Shown: positions 18,386 to 26,917 of the stretch, one piece after another | How the letters are laid out: the number at the start of each line of letters is the position of its first letter | How positions within the stretch are numbered: the stretch's first letter is position 1 | IMG/VR virus record: IMGVR_UViG_3300042445_001170 | Coordinates: 1-64,000 of that record | Reading direction: 5' to 3' (one strand) | Source of the DNA: a virus | Length of the DNA: 64,000 bases | Notes under the pieces: generated by a model | The model's input: the letters and a program-made list of their open reading frames with translations, nothing else | Databases searched by the model: none | What the model was told of the DNA's origin: nothing | Made by a program: the position numbers and the translations under genes

Positions 18386-18507
18386 TGGGTTATGTAGAAA
18401 TCTTTCGCCTAGATGATGAGGGCGCTGGCTGGGTTGATTTATCAGAAGCAACACCAGATGAATTGTTTAACATTGAATTAGGATTACTAAATGAGGGGGC
18501 TCTCTAA
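18385..18507 (+). CDS. Small acidic protein (40 aa)
   Basis: AAGGAGG RBS; TAATG coupling. Confidence 0.65.
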   Translation: MGYVEIFRLDDEGAGWVDLSEATPDELFNIELGLLNEGAL

Positions 18508-18704
18508 TGGAGAAAACACAATTTGAAAAAGATTTAGAAATCAAGGAAAGTTTTATTGATTTACTTAATGACATTTATCCAGAGGTAAAAATTGGATACT
18601 CTACTTTTACACCCGCCGAAATTCTAGAGTGTTGCGACCCTGTTGCTTTTGCAATCGGATTAGTTGAGCACGAGGATTACCTAGCAGAAATGGAAAACGA
18701 ATAA
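18507..18704 (+). CDS. Hypothetical protein
   Basis: ORF track; coupled. Confidence 0.7.
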   Translation: MEKTQFEKDLEIKESFIDLLNDIYPEVKIGYSTFTPAEILECCDPVAFAIGLVEHEDYLAEMENE

Positions 18705-18805
18705 TGGATAAAGATATTTTTGGATTTGCCGAGGCAATTAGAATTGACGATCTTAGCGATGAAGATTTTAAAATTGTCGAATTAATTTTTAAAGATTTTA
18801 AGTAG
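18704..18805 (+). CDS. Small hypothetical protein (33 aa)
   Basis: TAATG coupling. Confidence 0.55.
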   Translation: MDKDIFGFAEAIRIDDLSDEDFKIVELIFKDFK

Positions 18806-19058
18806 CTAGCGGCGTGTCGACTTGACAAAGTTGATGCGCCCCCATAAGCACGGGGTCGGGCGTGTCGTTACGACATTGTTATAAAATCCCGTGAAATTTG
18901 CGGCGTGTCGATTTGACAGACAAATCGGACATTTCGATGTGATTAGTATCACACGGCTTGAGCGTCTCAGTATTTGGAATTACTGGCTAGTAATGTGAAA
19001 ATGTCAGTAGGCTCGTGTATAATTCCATACATAACAACAAACGAAAGAAGGTCTGCCA

Positions 19059-19265
19059 ATGGCTACCAAACTCTATACAATCGAAAGCCTACTTGTAGGA
19101 AAAAACTATCGCTCAAACTCTCGCCACTTTTCAGGCGAAATTGTTTCTGCTAAACCTCGTCCAGCAATTTGGTATGGCGATAAAACCGAAGCCTTTTTAA
19201 TTGAGGTTCGTACAGGCGGTCTGAGAAATAAATTCGCAACAATCGCAGTGAAGGTTGGTGAATAA
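19059..19265 (+). CDS. Hypothetical protein
   Basis: Promoter 19002 plus leader. Confidence 0.7.
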   Translation: MATKLYTIESLLVGKNYRSNSRHFSGEIVSAKPRPAIWYGDKTEAFLIEVRTGGLRNKFATIAVKVGE

Positions 19266-19442
19266 ATGAAAAGTTTTTCATCTGATGTAATTGACCATAA
19301 TGAATTTTATCTAATTCACGATTTATTATTTTTCTGTTGTGATGAGCAACAATTCCGCCACTCTTGTAAAGCACACGGCGAAATGATGGGTTGCTACTAT
19401 TGCGAATTTGATTACTCAAAAGATTGCGAGTGTGAGGAATAA
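19266..19442 (+). CDS. Small Cys-rich protein (58 aa)
   Basis: CC, CKAH, CYYC, CEC; abuts its neighbours. Confidence 0.6.
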   Translation: MKSFSSDVIDHNEFYLIHDLLFFCCDEQQFRHSCKAHGEMMGCYYCEFDYSKDCECEE

Positions 19443-19579
19443 TGATAAACTCAGTAATGCGTATAGATTGTTCAGAGTGTAATTCTACTGGACTAATCTT
19501 TTTTGGCGATAACAATAATTTTGATGTCGAAACTTGCGATTGCGATTTTGGCAAAGAGCAAGATTTATTTTTTAACTAA
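19442..19579 (+). CDS. Small Zn-binding protein (45 aa)
   Basis: CSECNSTG...CDC. Confidence 0.6.
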   Translation: MINSVMRIDCSECNSTGLIFFGDNNNFDVETCDCDFGKEQDLFFN

Positions 19580-19594
19580 CGAAAGGGAAAACCT

Positions 19595-19801
19595 ATGTAC
19601 CAAATAACTGTTGCCTACGATAGCAAGCCTATCCATTTCAACAAGAACTATACAGACGCTCTTGAAGCGTTTACCGCATTTCTTTCATTTACTGATTGGG
19701 GATTTGCTAACGAATACTCAACTGTAAATCTAATGACCCCAACTGGGAAAATGTATACTAAATTATTTTATCGTGAAGGTCGAAAGGTTGTAACAAAATG
19801 A
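19595..19801 (+). CDS. Hypothetical protein
   Basis: AACGAAAGGG leader. Confidence 0.7.
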   Translation: MYQITVAYDSKPIHFNKNYTDALEAFTAFLSFTDWGFANEYSTVNLMTPTGKMYTKLFYREGRKVVTK

Positions 19802-19989
19802 TGACTCGTAAAGACTATGTCGCAACGGCAGAAATTCTAAAGTATGCCAGCAACAAAACTCACCCCGCTGTATTTTCTAAAATTGTAAATGATTTTGCTG
19901 AAATGTTTGCGGTTGATAATCCGAGATTTGATGTAAAACGATTTCATGAGGCGAGTGGATACAATGTTCCTAACTTCAGTTCAAGATAA
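19798..19989 (+). CDS. Hypothetical protein (DNPRFD..RF motif)
   Basis: ORF track; coupled. Confidence 0.7.
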   Translation: MMTRKDYVATAEILKYASNKTHPAVFSKIVNDFAEMFAVDNPRFDVKRFHEASGYNVPNFSSR

Positions 19990-20095
19990 AGTAAAGCGAA
20001 TTCAGGAATTGCGTCGCAGTAATGCGGCGCAACCTGTTCGCAATAAGAAAAAATATAATCGCAAGATCAAACATAAGAATAAATATTCAGAGTAG
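19964..20095 (+). CDS. Small very basic protein (43 aa)
   Basis: ...LRRSNAAQPVRNKKKYNRKIKHK. Confidence 0.55.
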   Translation: MFLTSVQDKVKRIQELRRSNAAQPVRNKKKYNRKIKHKNKYSE

Positions 20096-20244
20096 CGCAT
20101 AACTATGCAGCTGCCCTCTCTTTTGTGGGGGGTCCAGTGTGAATTACGTCACATTTTAAAAATACCCTGAAAATTCGGCGTGTCGATTTTGATCTGTCAG
20201 TCCATTCTGCTATACTTGCCACTTAACCAACGAAAGGCTAACTA

Positions 20245-20454
20245 ATGGATAATTTTACTGTTGCTTGCTTGAACTATGAAATTTGTGGCGCTCAAGAAAC
20301 TTTTGATAACGATGCAGAATATGAAATTTATGGCGATGACTATATTTGTGCTGAATGCTATGCATCTGAGGAAATGGAATTCTTTGAAACTATAGGCTGG
20401 TCTGATAGCGATGCTCTTGCTTCCGCTGGCCACGGTATGGATGAGGATTACTAA
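20245..20454 (+). CDS. Acidic Cys-containing hypothetical protein
   Basis: Promoter 20195 plus leader. Confidence 0.7.
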   Translation: MDNFTVACLNYEICGAQETFDNDAEYEIYGDDYICAECYASEEMEFFETIGWSDSDALASAGHGMDEDY

Positions 20455-20485
20455 GATGTCAGTGGTCCCCGTTATAATTACCCCT

Positions 20486-21205
20486 ATGAAACTGAAACGT
20501 TCTAATGATAGAAAGGTGGCCAACCTTGTCACAAAAAATGGAAAGCAAGCCGCAATTGCCAATACTTTCGGATTACCTGCTGGAAAAGCTTACTCGTGCC
20601 CTGGTGCCACTAGTATTTGTGAAAGCGTTTGCTATGCAGGAAAACTCGAAAAGTTATTCCCTGGAGTAAAAACTAATCTGCTTCATAACTGGGCCCTGCT
20701 TAAAGACGCCGATAGCGAAACTATGGTCTCTCTTCTAAATGAAATGATTGTAGAATTCAAGGCAGATTGTGTTAAGAAAGACGCTCCTCAATTATTCCGT
20801 ATCCACTGGGACGGGGATTTCTTTAGCGATACTTATGCATATGCCTGGAAGACTGTTATCAACACACACGCTGATATTCAATTTTGGGTCTACACACGTG
20901 TAAAGTCTGCAGCGCTTATTCTTAAGGATATATCTAATCTGTCACTGTATTATTCTACGGATGATGATAATAAAGATATTGCTCATGATTTAAAACTAAC
21001 TAATGGCATTCGTCTTGCCTACCTAGGTAAAACATTTGCTGCAACCGAAGACACAATGAAGGAGTTAACTGGCAAGCCTGGTGCTAAGTGTCCTGAGAAT
21101 AATAAAAGCATTCCTCTTATCTCTAGCAATGGGTCCGCCTGCGTATCGTGTGGATTGTGCGTATACGGTAAAGCGGATATTAGATTTTCTGCGAGTAAAA
21201 AATAA
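20486..21205 (+). CDS. Gp88-like Fe-S/radical-SAM-like phage protein
   Basis: CPGATSICESVCYA, FRIHWDGDF, FWVYTR; leaderless ATG 7 nt after the -10 at 20473. Confidence 0.7.
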   Translation: MKLKRSNDRKVANLVTKNGKQAAIANTFGLPAGKAYSCPGATSICESVCYAGKLEKLFPGVKTNLLHNWALLKDADSETMVSLLNEMIVEFKADCVKKDAPQLFRIHWDGDFFSDTYAYAWKTVINTHADIQFWVYTRVKSAALILKDISNLSLYYSTDDDNKDIAHDLKLTNGIRLAYLGKTFAATEDTMKELTGKPGAKCPENNKSIPLISSNGSACVSCGLCVYGKADIRFSASKK

Positions 21206-21354
21206 TGATAGACATTCTCGGATCCTTGATCGGAATCATATTAATTTGTTTTTTGTGCTCACCAATTGTGTTGGCCGTGTACATGTGGAATGGGGCCAAG
21301 ATAGATAGCGATGGTGACGGGAAAGAAGATTTGCCTAATCGTTGGGATAGGTAA
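21205..21354 (+). CDS. Small membrane protein (49 aa)
   Basis: TAATG coupling; TM segment then DSDGDGKED. Confidence 0.5.
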   Translation: MIDILGSLIGIILICFLCSPIVLAVYMWNGAKIDSDGDGKEDLPNRWDR

Positions 21355-21404
21355 CGGCGTGTCGAGTTGACAATTGTCAGCTCGGCCCCCAATATTGTGG
21401 GGGT

Positions 21405-21434
21405 TTTTCCACAGGCTTACGAGAGTTATCCACA
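21405..21434 (+). promoter_or_regulatory. DnaA-box pair
   Basis: TTTTCCACA at 21405, TTATCCACA at 21426. Confidence 0.6.
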
Positions 21435-21547
21435 GACCCTGAAAATTTGTGATTAATCTCACAAAAGCTGCGACACGCCGAGAATGGATTAGGTAATGTC
21501 AGTGGCCTATGCTAAAATACTCTTATACCAACAACGAAAGGTAAGTT

Positions 21548-21772
21548 ATGTCTAATCTAATGAAAGTTCCACACACAGTTGAGTTCGAGGCAGTTATTGA
21601 CTTGGATAAAATTCCTTCACACTTGCTTCCTGCGCTAGTTTCTATGGATGCTGATTCTATTGAAAAAATGTGCAAAGGCGCAACACTACACGCACTTGGA
21701 ATGTCAAATGTAATTCCACTTGCTAATGAAAATAACACTTGGGCTGAAGTAACAATTAAGGGGAATAACTAA
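21548..21772 (+). CDS. Hypothetical protein
   Basis: Promoter 21497 plus leader. Confidence 0.7.
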   Translation: MSNLMKVPHTVEFEAVIDLDKIPSHLLPALVSMDADSIEKMCKGATLHALGMSNVIPLANENNTWAEVTIKGNN

Positions 21773-22038
21773 TGGGATACACAACAGCAGTAAGTCTATC
21801 TGAAGAATTAGATTTAGAAGTAGCACTAGGCTATCACTTACAAGGCAATCATTACCCGCCCGTTCCCCTCTCAATGGTCGAGCCTTGCATCGAGGCTATT
21901 GACGCTTATTGGGAAGAAGATTTTGATCGAGCAATCGAAATGCCTGAAGGCGTATCTTATAAAGGTCAAACTCACGCACCTGCTTGGGCTATTGTCGAGC
22001 AGCACCACTTGGACGCTTGGCTACCTGAAAGTGACTAA
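21772..22038 (+). CDS. Hypothetical protein
   Basis: ORF track; coupled. Confidence 0.7.
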   Translation: MGYTTAVSLSEELDLEVALGYHLQGNHYPPVPLSMVEPCIEAIDAYWEEDFDRAIEMPEGVSYKGQTHAPAWAIVEQHHLDAWLPESD

Positions 22039-22134
22039 GGTCACACAATAACTTTCTCAAATACTGAGATAGGGCTAGACTAATGTCAGACCCCAATGCT
22101 ATACTACCAACCTAACAAAGAAAAGAGGCAATAA

Positions 22135-22317
22135 ATGACAATAGATAATCAACTCTATCAGGTCGGAGATTTATTCACCACCCTGAAGTCAAAGAAAACT
22201 GGTGTGATTAAGGAAATCCACCCACAGGCATCTGGCTCGGTGCGTGTGCTACTAGAAATGCCAACGAAGGAAACTCGTTGGACTTCGGTATCCGCTAAGA
22301 CACTACTAGGCGCATAA
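22135..22317 (+). CDS. Small SH3/KOW-like hypothetical protein
   Basis: YQVGDL...GVIKEI beta pattern; promoter 22084. Confidence 0.65.
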   Translation: MTIDNQLYQVGDLFTTLKSKKTGVIKEIHPQASGSVRVLLEMPTKETRWTSVSAKTLLGA

Positions 22318-22452
22318 CCTAAATCGAAACAGGGACAGTTTAGGAAAGTATCTAGTCCAATGTCGTAAGTAAGAACTTTCCTCCCTTCGGGGAAATGTCA
22401 GACCCCCCTGCTATACTATCCATAACAACAACCAACCAACGAAAGGCACACA

Positions 22453-22869
22453 ATGTCAAGAGCAATCACAGTAAAGGTGGCAACACCAAAGGTAATTAAG
22501 GCACTAGAAACTCGTCTAGCAACACTAGAAAAAGACTATGCTTCACAAGAAGCAAACGAAGCAAAGTTCCAAAAGAAGCACGAAGCGTGGAAAAAGGAAA
22601 TTGGTAAGTGGGCTATCGCTAACTTCTCAAAGTCCGAGAACCTTCGCACAAACTATCGTTCTTGGAACAAAACGCTAAATGTTGATTTTGACATCATTGT
22701 AAGTGAGAAGGAGTTTCCGCTAGAGCCTGAGAAGGACTACGAAACAATCCATCAGCACACTTATCGTGAGATGAAAGAGGACATCACAAATGCCCTAACA
22801 ATTCTCAAGATGACAGATGAGGAAACAGTAAATGCTTCTACAATGAAGCAGATTGCTAAGTATCTCTAA
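22453..22869 (+). CDS. Coiled-coil hypothetical protein
   Basis: Promoter 22396 plus leader. Confidence 0.75.
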   Translation: MSRAITVKVATPKVIKALETRLATLEKDYASQEANEAKFQKKHEAWKKEIGKWAIANFSKSENLRTNYRSWNKTLNVDFDIIVSEKEFPLEPEKDYETIHQHTYREMKEDITNALTILKMTDEETVNASTMKQIAKYL

Positions 22870-22933
22870 ATAATTTGGGGGGCAGAACTAAAGTCCTGAA
22901 CCCAATCGTTCTCGCATAACGCTAAATTGCGAA

Positions 22934-22960
22934 CGACCTGAGTAAGTCGCCAAACTGCTC
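22934..22960 (+). ncRNA. Small H-type pseudoknot element, copy 1
   Basis: CGAC-CTGAGTAA-GTCG-CCAAAC-TGCTC. Confidence 0.55.
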
Positions 22961-22992
22961 TCCTTCGGGAAACTACTAACAAAGGTAATACA

Positions 22993-23253
22993 ATGGCAAA
23001 TCGTTTCAGAGTAGAAATCTACGATGCAAACAAACTTAATGACATCACGATTTATTCGGATCAAGGTGTTGATAAAGAATACTTAACTGAATTAGTATTC
23101 AGCAACATCAGAAACTTTAGCGGAAAAATTAACGCTTATGTTTTTGATAACGTGAAGAAAAAGAAAACAACTGCAATGTTTCTTGATGAGAGCACAGTTG
23201 AATTTAATAAGAACTTAATTAAAAATGCGACAAAGGTAGAGGTGGGGATTTAA
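22993..23253 (+). CDS. Hypothetical protein
   Basis: ORF track; AAAGG RBS. Confidence 0.7.
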   Translation: MANRFRVEIYDANKLNDITIYSDQGVDKEYLTELVFSNIRNFSGKINAYVFDNVKKKKTTAMFLDESTVEFNKNLIKNATKVEVGI

Positions 23254-23282
23254 TCCCCAGCTCGGCCCCCGCTTTTGAGGGG

Positions 23283-23314
23283 TTATCCACAGCGTTACGA
23301 CAACCTGTGGAAAA
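23283..23314. promoter_or_regulatory. Inverted DnaA-box pair
   Basis: TTATCCACA at 23283, TGTGGAAAA at 23306. Confidence 0.6.
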
Positions 23315-23431
23315 CCCTGAAAATTTGTGAGAATGATCACACCGCACAATTCGGACAAATGACTATCTAATCTAGACAATGTCAGTGCCACCTGTTATAC
23401 TTACAACTAATCAAACGAAAGGTAAAAAATA

Positions 23432-24436
23432 ATGGCTCATAATCTAGAAATGGAAAACGGCGAAGTTGCTTTCGCTCTCCGTGGCGCACCTGCTTGGCAC
23501 AATCTAGCAAATCGCATCTTCACACAAGATGAAGAAGTAACTACACAATCTATGCTTGAAGAAGCAAAGTTGGCTAATTGGAATGTTCGTCTATCTCCAA
23601 TAACTGAGCACATTCCAGAATCTTGGAATGATGTTTCTACTGCATCTCTTGTCATTCGTGATAACCCATTCAATGGCGGAACTGATGTTCTTGCAACTGT
23701 CGGTAAGCGTTACAAGCCTGTGCAGAATGAAGAACTATTTGCATTCGCTGATGCAATTCACGATGCCAATGCTGATTGCCGTTGGGAATCTGCTGGCTCA
23801 CTCAAAAAGGGCAAAGTTGTTTTCGGTACTGTGGACATTCCTCGCACAATGGTGCTTGACCCACAAGGCGCTAACGATGAAACTAAACTCTATCTAATTG
23901 TTTGGACATCTCATGACGGGTCTGTTGCCGTTCAGGCAGCCGTTACACCTGTTCGTGTTGTTTGCCAAAACACACTTAACCTTGCAATGAAGAATGCTAA
24001 GCAATCTTTCAAGATTCGCCATACGCAATCTGTTGAAGGTCGCATTCAGGTTGCTCGTGAAACTCTTGGGCTTGCTCTTGGTTATTTCGATGAGTTTGAA
24101 GTTGAAGCAAAGGCGCTTTACTCTCAGGCAATTACTGATGCTGAATTCTCTAAGTTGATTCAGACAATTTATCCTAAGCCTGAAAAAGATGCTAAGGGTG
24201 CAATCAAGAAGTGGGAAAACAAAGTTGTCCTGCTTGACGATTTGTATCACAACTCACCAACTAATGCTAACATCAAGGGAACAAAGTGGGGCGCATTCAA
24301 TGCACTTACTGAGCGCCTTGATTACTATCGTTCAGGTCGTGGCAATGGTGAAACTCTTATGGCGGGTGCATCAGGATTTGACCCTGTTCTAACTGCTGAG
24401 AAAAACAAAATCAAGAAATTGGTTTCTGCTTTCTAA
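23432..24436 (+). CDS. DUF932 family (phage/plasmid TIGR03299-like) protein
   Basis: MAHNL...AWH, YKPVQN, SHDGS...TPVRVVCQNTL, IRHT, GTKWGAFNALTE. Confidence 0.88.
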   Translation: MAHNLEMENGEVAFALRGAPAWHNLANRIFTQDEEVTTQSMLEEAKLANWNVRLSPITEHIPESWNDVSTASLVIRDNPFNGGTDVLATVGKRYKPVQNEELFAFADAIHDANADCRWESAGSLKKGKVVFGTVDIPRTMVLDPQGANDETKLYLIVWTSHDGSVAVQAAVTPVRVVCQNTLNLAMKNAKQSFKIRHTQSVEGRIQVARETLGLALGYFDEFEVEAKALYSQAITDAEFSKLIQTIYPKPEKDAKGAIKKWENKVVLLDDLYHNSPTNANIKGTKWGAFNALTERLDYYRSGRGNGETLMAGASGFDPVLTAEKNKIKKLVSAF

Positions 24437-24442
24437 TTAAAA

Positions 24443-24470
24443 AAATCCTGAGCATGATTTAAAACTGCTC
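24443..24470 (+). ncRNA. Small H-type pseudoknot element, copy 2
   Basis: AAATC-CTGAGCAT-GATTT-AAAAC-TGCTC. Confidence 0.55.
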
Positions 24471-24482
24471 ACATTTTTTATT

Positions 24483-24556
24483 GGTCTGTTAGCTCAGTTG
24501 GTTAGAGCGCTACCCTGTCACGGTAGAGGTCGACGGTTCAAGTCCGTTACAGATCG
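24483..24556 (+). tRNA. tRNA-Asp(GUC)
   Basis: Cloverleaf; anticodon arm CTACC-CTGTCAC-GGTAG. Confidence 0.95.
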
Positions 24557-24681
24557 CAAAATGCCCCCAATAGTAAGGGAGCAAAAAGTGTGTTACGAGT
24601 CACAAAACAATTCCCTGGAATCTATTGTATATGTCAGTGGGTTCGTGTACAATACTCCTATAACCTAACGAAAGAGGTAAA

Positions 24682-25110
24682 ATGTCACGAGAACGCAGAA
24701 CGGGATACACAGGCAATGTATTAGATGGCGAGAAGCTTGCCAAAATTGCTAATGACATCTACAACATTCAGTATACTGGTGGTGCAAGTAATTGCACGGT
24801 AGACAACCTATTACTAATTGAACTAGAAGAAAAAAATGTATTTGGGGATCCAAAGTATGCAGTAATATGCTCAGAAGGTGTTGGCTGGGAACAAGATGAA
24901 TATGGTTGCCTAGAAATACCTACAAACATTGGCGCTATGGGTCTATGGAATGGAAGAGTCTTTATCTCAGTAGAGACTGTTAAGTCTTGTCAGACTATAT
25001 TTACCAAGGAAGTATCAGAATACATTAGAACCTTTGGGTCCCGCCTGGATTCAAATTGCTCCCTATGGCAGTCCAAAATGTCAGTGGCACCTGCTACAAT
25101 ACTCGCATGA
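24682..25110 (+). CDS. Hypothetical protein
   Basis: Promoter 24632 plus leader. Confidence 0.7.
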   Translation: MSRERRTGYTGNVLDGEKLAKIANDIYNIQYTGGASNCTVDNLLLIELEEKNVFGDPKYAVICSEGVGWEQDEYGCLEIPTNIGAMGLWNGRVFISVETVKSCQTIFTKEVSEYIRTFGSRLDSNCSLWQSKMSVAPATILA

Positions 25111-25763
25111 CCAACGAACTAGTATCAAGTAAATATACATTTGTCTGCGACCCAGATGAATGTGATTGTCTAATTGAATTAACATCATCTGACGGGTTTG
25201 GATTCCCATCAGGTGTGACAGAACTCACATGTCCATGTGGCCGTAAGACTACCTTATTGTCAGTGGAGCATGCTACAATTGCACCAACAACAACGAAAGA
25301 GGAACAAATGGAAACAACAACACCTGCAGTAACCGTCCCTGATACATACAACTCAAATTTATTGGTTACCTATAAAGTAATCCGTGGCTATTCAGATGCA
25401 GAATATGCAACTGATAAGGTTGCATCTATTGAGTGGGACTTACATAATGGACGTCAATCACAAAAGCGTGTAACCACTCTCCTATCTCAAATTGATGCCG
25501 TCAAAGATATCATTACTGAATCATATGCTGATTCAAGCGACCAAGAAACACTTCAAGCAATTGCTGAAGCGCTAGACATTTCTCTAACACGAGAAGTTGA
25601 GTGGTCTGCAACAATTGAAGTTAGCGGAACATTAACAATTGATTTACTTGAAAGCACAGTTGATGATGTCGAACAAGAAATCTACGACAATCTTTATGTT
25701 GACTCACAAAACGGTCAGATTGAAATCGTTGACACTGAAGTTACGAATGTGCGTGAAAACTAA
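25107..25763 (+). CDS. Hypothetical protein: Zn-ribbon N-terminus, internal second start at 25308
   Basis: Leaderless ATG after the -10 at 25095; internal promoter 25258 plus leader give an in-frame ATG at 25308. Confidence 0.7.
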   Translation: MTNELVSSKYTFVCDPDECDCLIELTSSDGFGFPSGVTELTCPCGRKTTLLSVEHATIAPTTTKEEQMETTTPAVTVPDTYNSNLLVTYKVIRGYSDAEYATDKVASIEWDLHNGRQSQKRVTTLLSQIDAVKDIITESYADSSDQETLQAIAEALDISLTREVEWSATIEVSGTLTIDLLESTVDDVEQEIYDNLYVDSQNGQIEIVDTEVTNVREN

Positions 25764-25975
25764 TGTACTTTGAACTTACCGCTCCCGATAGGTTGTCCAT
25801 GGAGATGGCCTATTGGGATGCACAAATCACAGGGCTTGACCCTGAAGCAATGTCACCGTTGACTTTCAACATCGGAACTGGTAGTATTGAGAAAGTAAGT
25901 CGTATTCGTGATAAGTATAACTTGACAGAGTCCTACTGGTCAGATAAAGAAGCGACAGGATACAAGGAGAGATAA
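25763..25975 (+). CDS. Hypothetical protein
   Basis: Coupled ORF. Confidence 0.7.
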   Translation: MYFELTAPDRLSMEMAYWDAQITGLDPEAMSPLTFNIGTGSIEKVSRIRDKYNLTESYWSDKEATGYKER

Positions 25976-26121
25976 TGTCAGATTATAAAGATGGTTTTAC
26001 AGACGGGTATAAGTTTGCTCGTGAAGAACTAATGGAAAAGTTAGCAGAGATTGATATTGCTGACATTGACTCTTGGATTCTTGACCGTCTTTCAGAGATG
26101 ATTGAAGGTAATCAACTGTGA
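25975..26121 (+). CDS. Small acidic protein (48 aa)
   Basis: AGGAG RBS; MSDYKDGF... Confidence 0.6.
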   Translation: MSDYKDGFTDGYKFAREELMEKLAEIDIADIDSWILDRLSEMIEGNQL

Positions 26122-26309
26122 TGGCTGAGTGGCTTAAGTGTGATCAATGTGCAGCACAAGCTATGTGGGAAGCAAAGAAAGACGCTATGTCTCTTTATTT
26201 CTGCGGACATCATAAGAATGCACAGGGCGAGTCTCTTGTGGACTGGGCCCATGAAATGGTACAATTACTCAACTACGAAAAAGAACACCAACTAGAAACG
26301 GCGGAATAA
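26118..26309 (+). CDS. Small Zn-binding protein (CDQC...FCGHH)
   Basis: Motif pattern seen in small actinobacterial and actinophage proteins. Confidence 0.7.
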   Translation: MMAEWLKCDQCAAQAMWEAKKDAMSLYFCGHHKNAQGESLVDWAHEMVQLLNYEKEHQLETAE

Positions 26310-26310
26310 A

Positions 26311-26679
26311 ATGGGCGACAGAGCAAACTTTGGATTTAAAGATTCCAAGGACAATATTGTATTTCTATATGGACACTGGGCGGGGCACCGAATGCTAGAG
26401 AACCTAGCGGATGCTGTAGGCGCTGCAGAGCCACGTTGGCAGGACGAATCATATGCAACACGTATTGCTATCTCACAATTAATTAAAGACGAATGGGCTA
26501 GCGAAACAGGGTGGGGCATTACAGTAAATGAATTAGCAGACAATGAGCACAAGGTCCCTATTATCGATTGGAAGAACCAAACGTTTACATTAATGGAAGA
26601 GGACCTGAAGACGGTTGTATTTAGTACAACACTGGATGCATTTGTAACTAAGTATTCCAGTCAACCAAGTATGGTATAA
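26311..26679 (+). CDS. Hypothetical protein (MGDRAN...LYGHWAG family)
   Basis: ORF track. Confidence 0.75.
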   Translation: MGDRANFGFKDSKDNIVFLYGHWAGHRMLENLADAVGAAEPRWQDESYATRIAISQLIKDEWASETGWGITVNELADNEHKVPIIDWKNQTFTLMEEDLKTVVFSTTLDAFVTKYSSQPSMV

Positions 26680-26684
26680 TTAAT

Positions 26685-26836
26685 CCAGGACCTATGGTCT
26701 TGGTTTTAATACAGAAATGAAATGGTGCGTCTAACTAGTCTACGGGCCAGGCGCTAAGTAAAGCGGTTTATTTCTTTCGTTGGAAATCTAGCAGCCATAT
26801 TCATAACCCCCCAGCTAATCCTGGGGGGTATTCTTT
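26685..26836 (+). ncRNA. Candidate sRNA with loop complementary to the island mRNA leaders
   Basis: TGGTATAAT at 26672-26680, 5' hairpin, long closing stem, loop TTTCGTTG, terminator. Confidence 0.65.
26806..26836 (+). terminator. Intrinsic terminator
   Basis: ACCCCCCAG-CTAATC-CTGGGGGGT followed by ATTCTTT. Confidence 0.8.
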
Positions 26837-26917
26837 TGCCCACAAAAGATATGAGGGTATCAGATCTCTTTTAAGAAGTCAATATAAAATACCCTGAAAA
26901 TTTGTGATCTTGACCAC

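Larger units (their letters stand above)
18098..18872 (+). repeat. 25-nt exact direct repeat GCACGGGGTCGGGCGTGTCGTTACG
   Basis: Copies at 18098-18122 and 18848-18872. Confidence 0.9.
17395..21480. promoter_or_regulatory. GCGTGTCG (GACAC/WhiA-type) boxes
   Basis: GTGTC starts at 17397, 18063, 18112, 18188, 18814, 18862, 18905, 20180, 21359; inverted copy at 21471-21480. Confidence 0.6.

Noticed and set aside
22934-22960. Hammerhead ribozyme
   Set aside because: CTGA is present but the CUGANGA/GAAA core and three-stem junction are not
24483-24556. Prophage attachment site at tRNA-Asp
   Set aside because: No integrase or duplicated tRNA 3' end seen; phage-type genes on both sides
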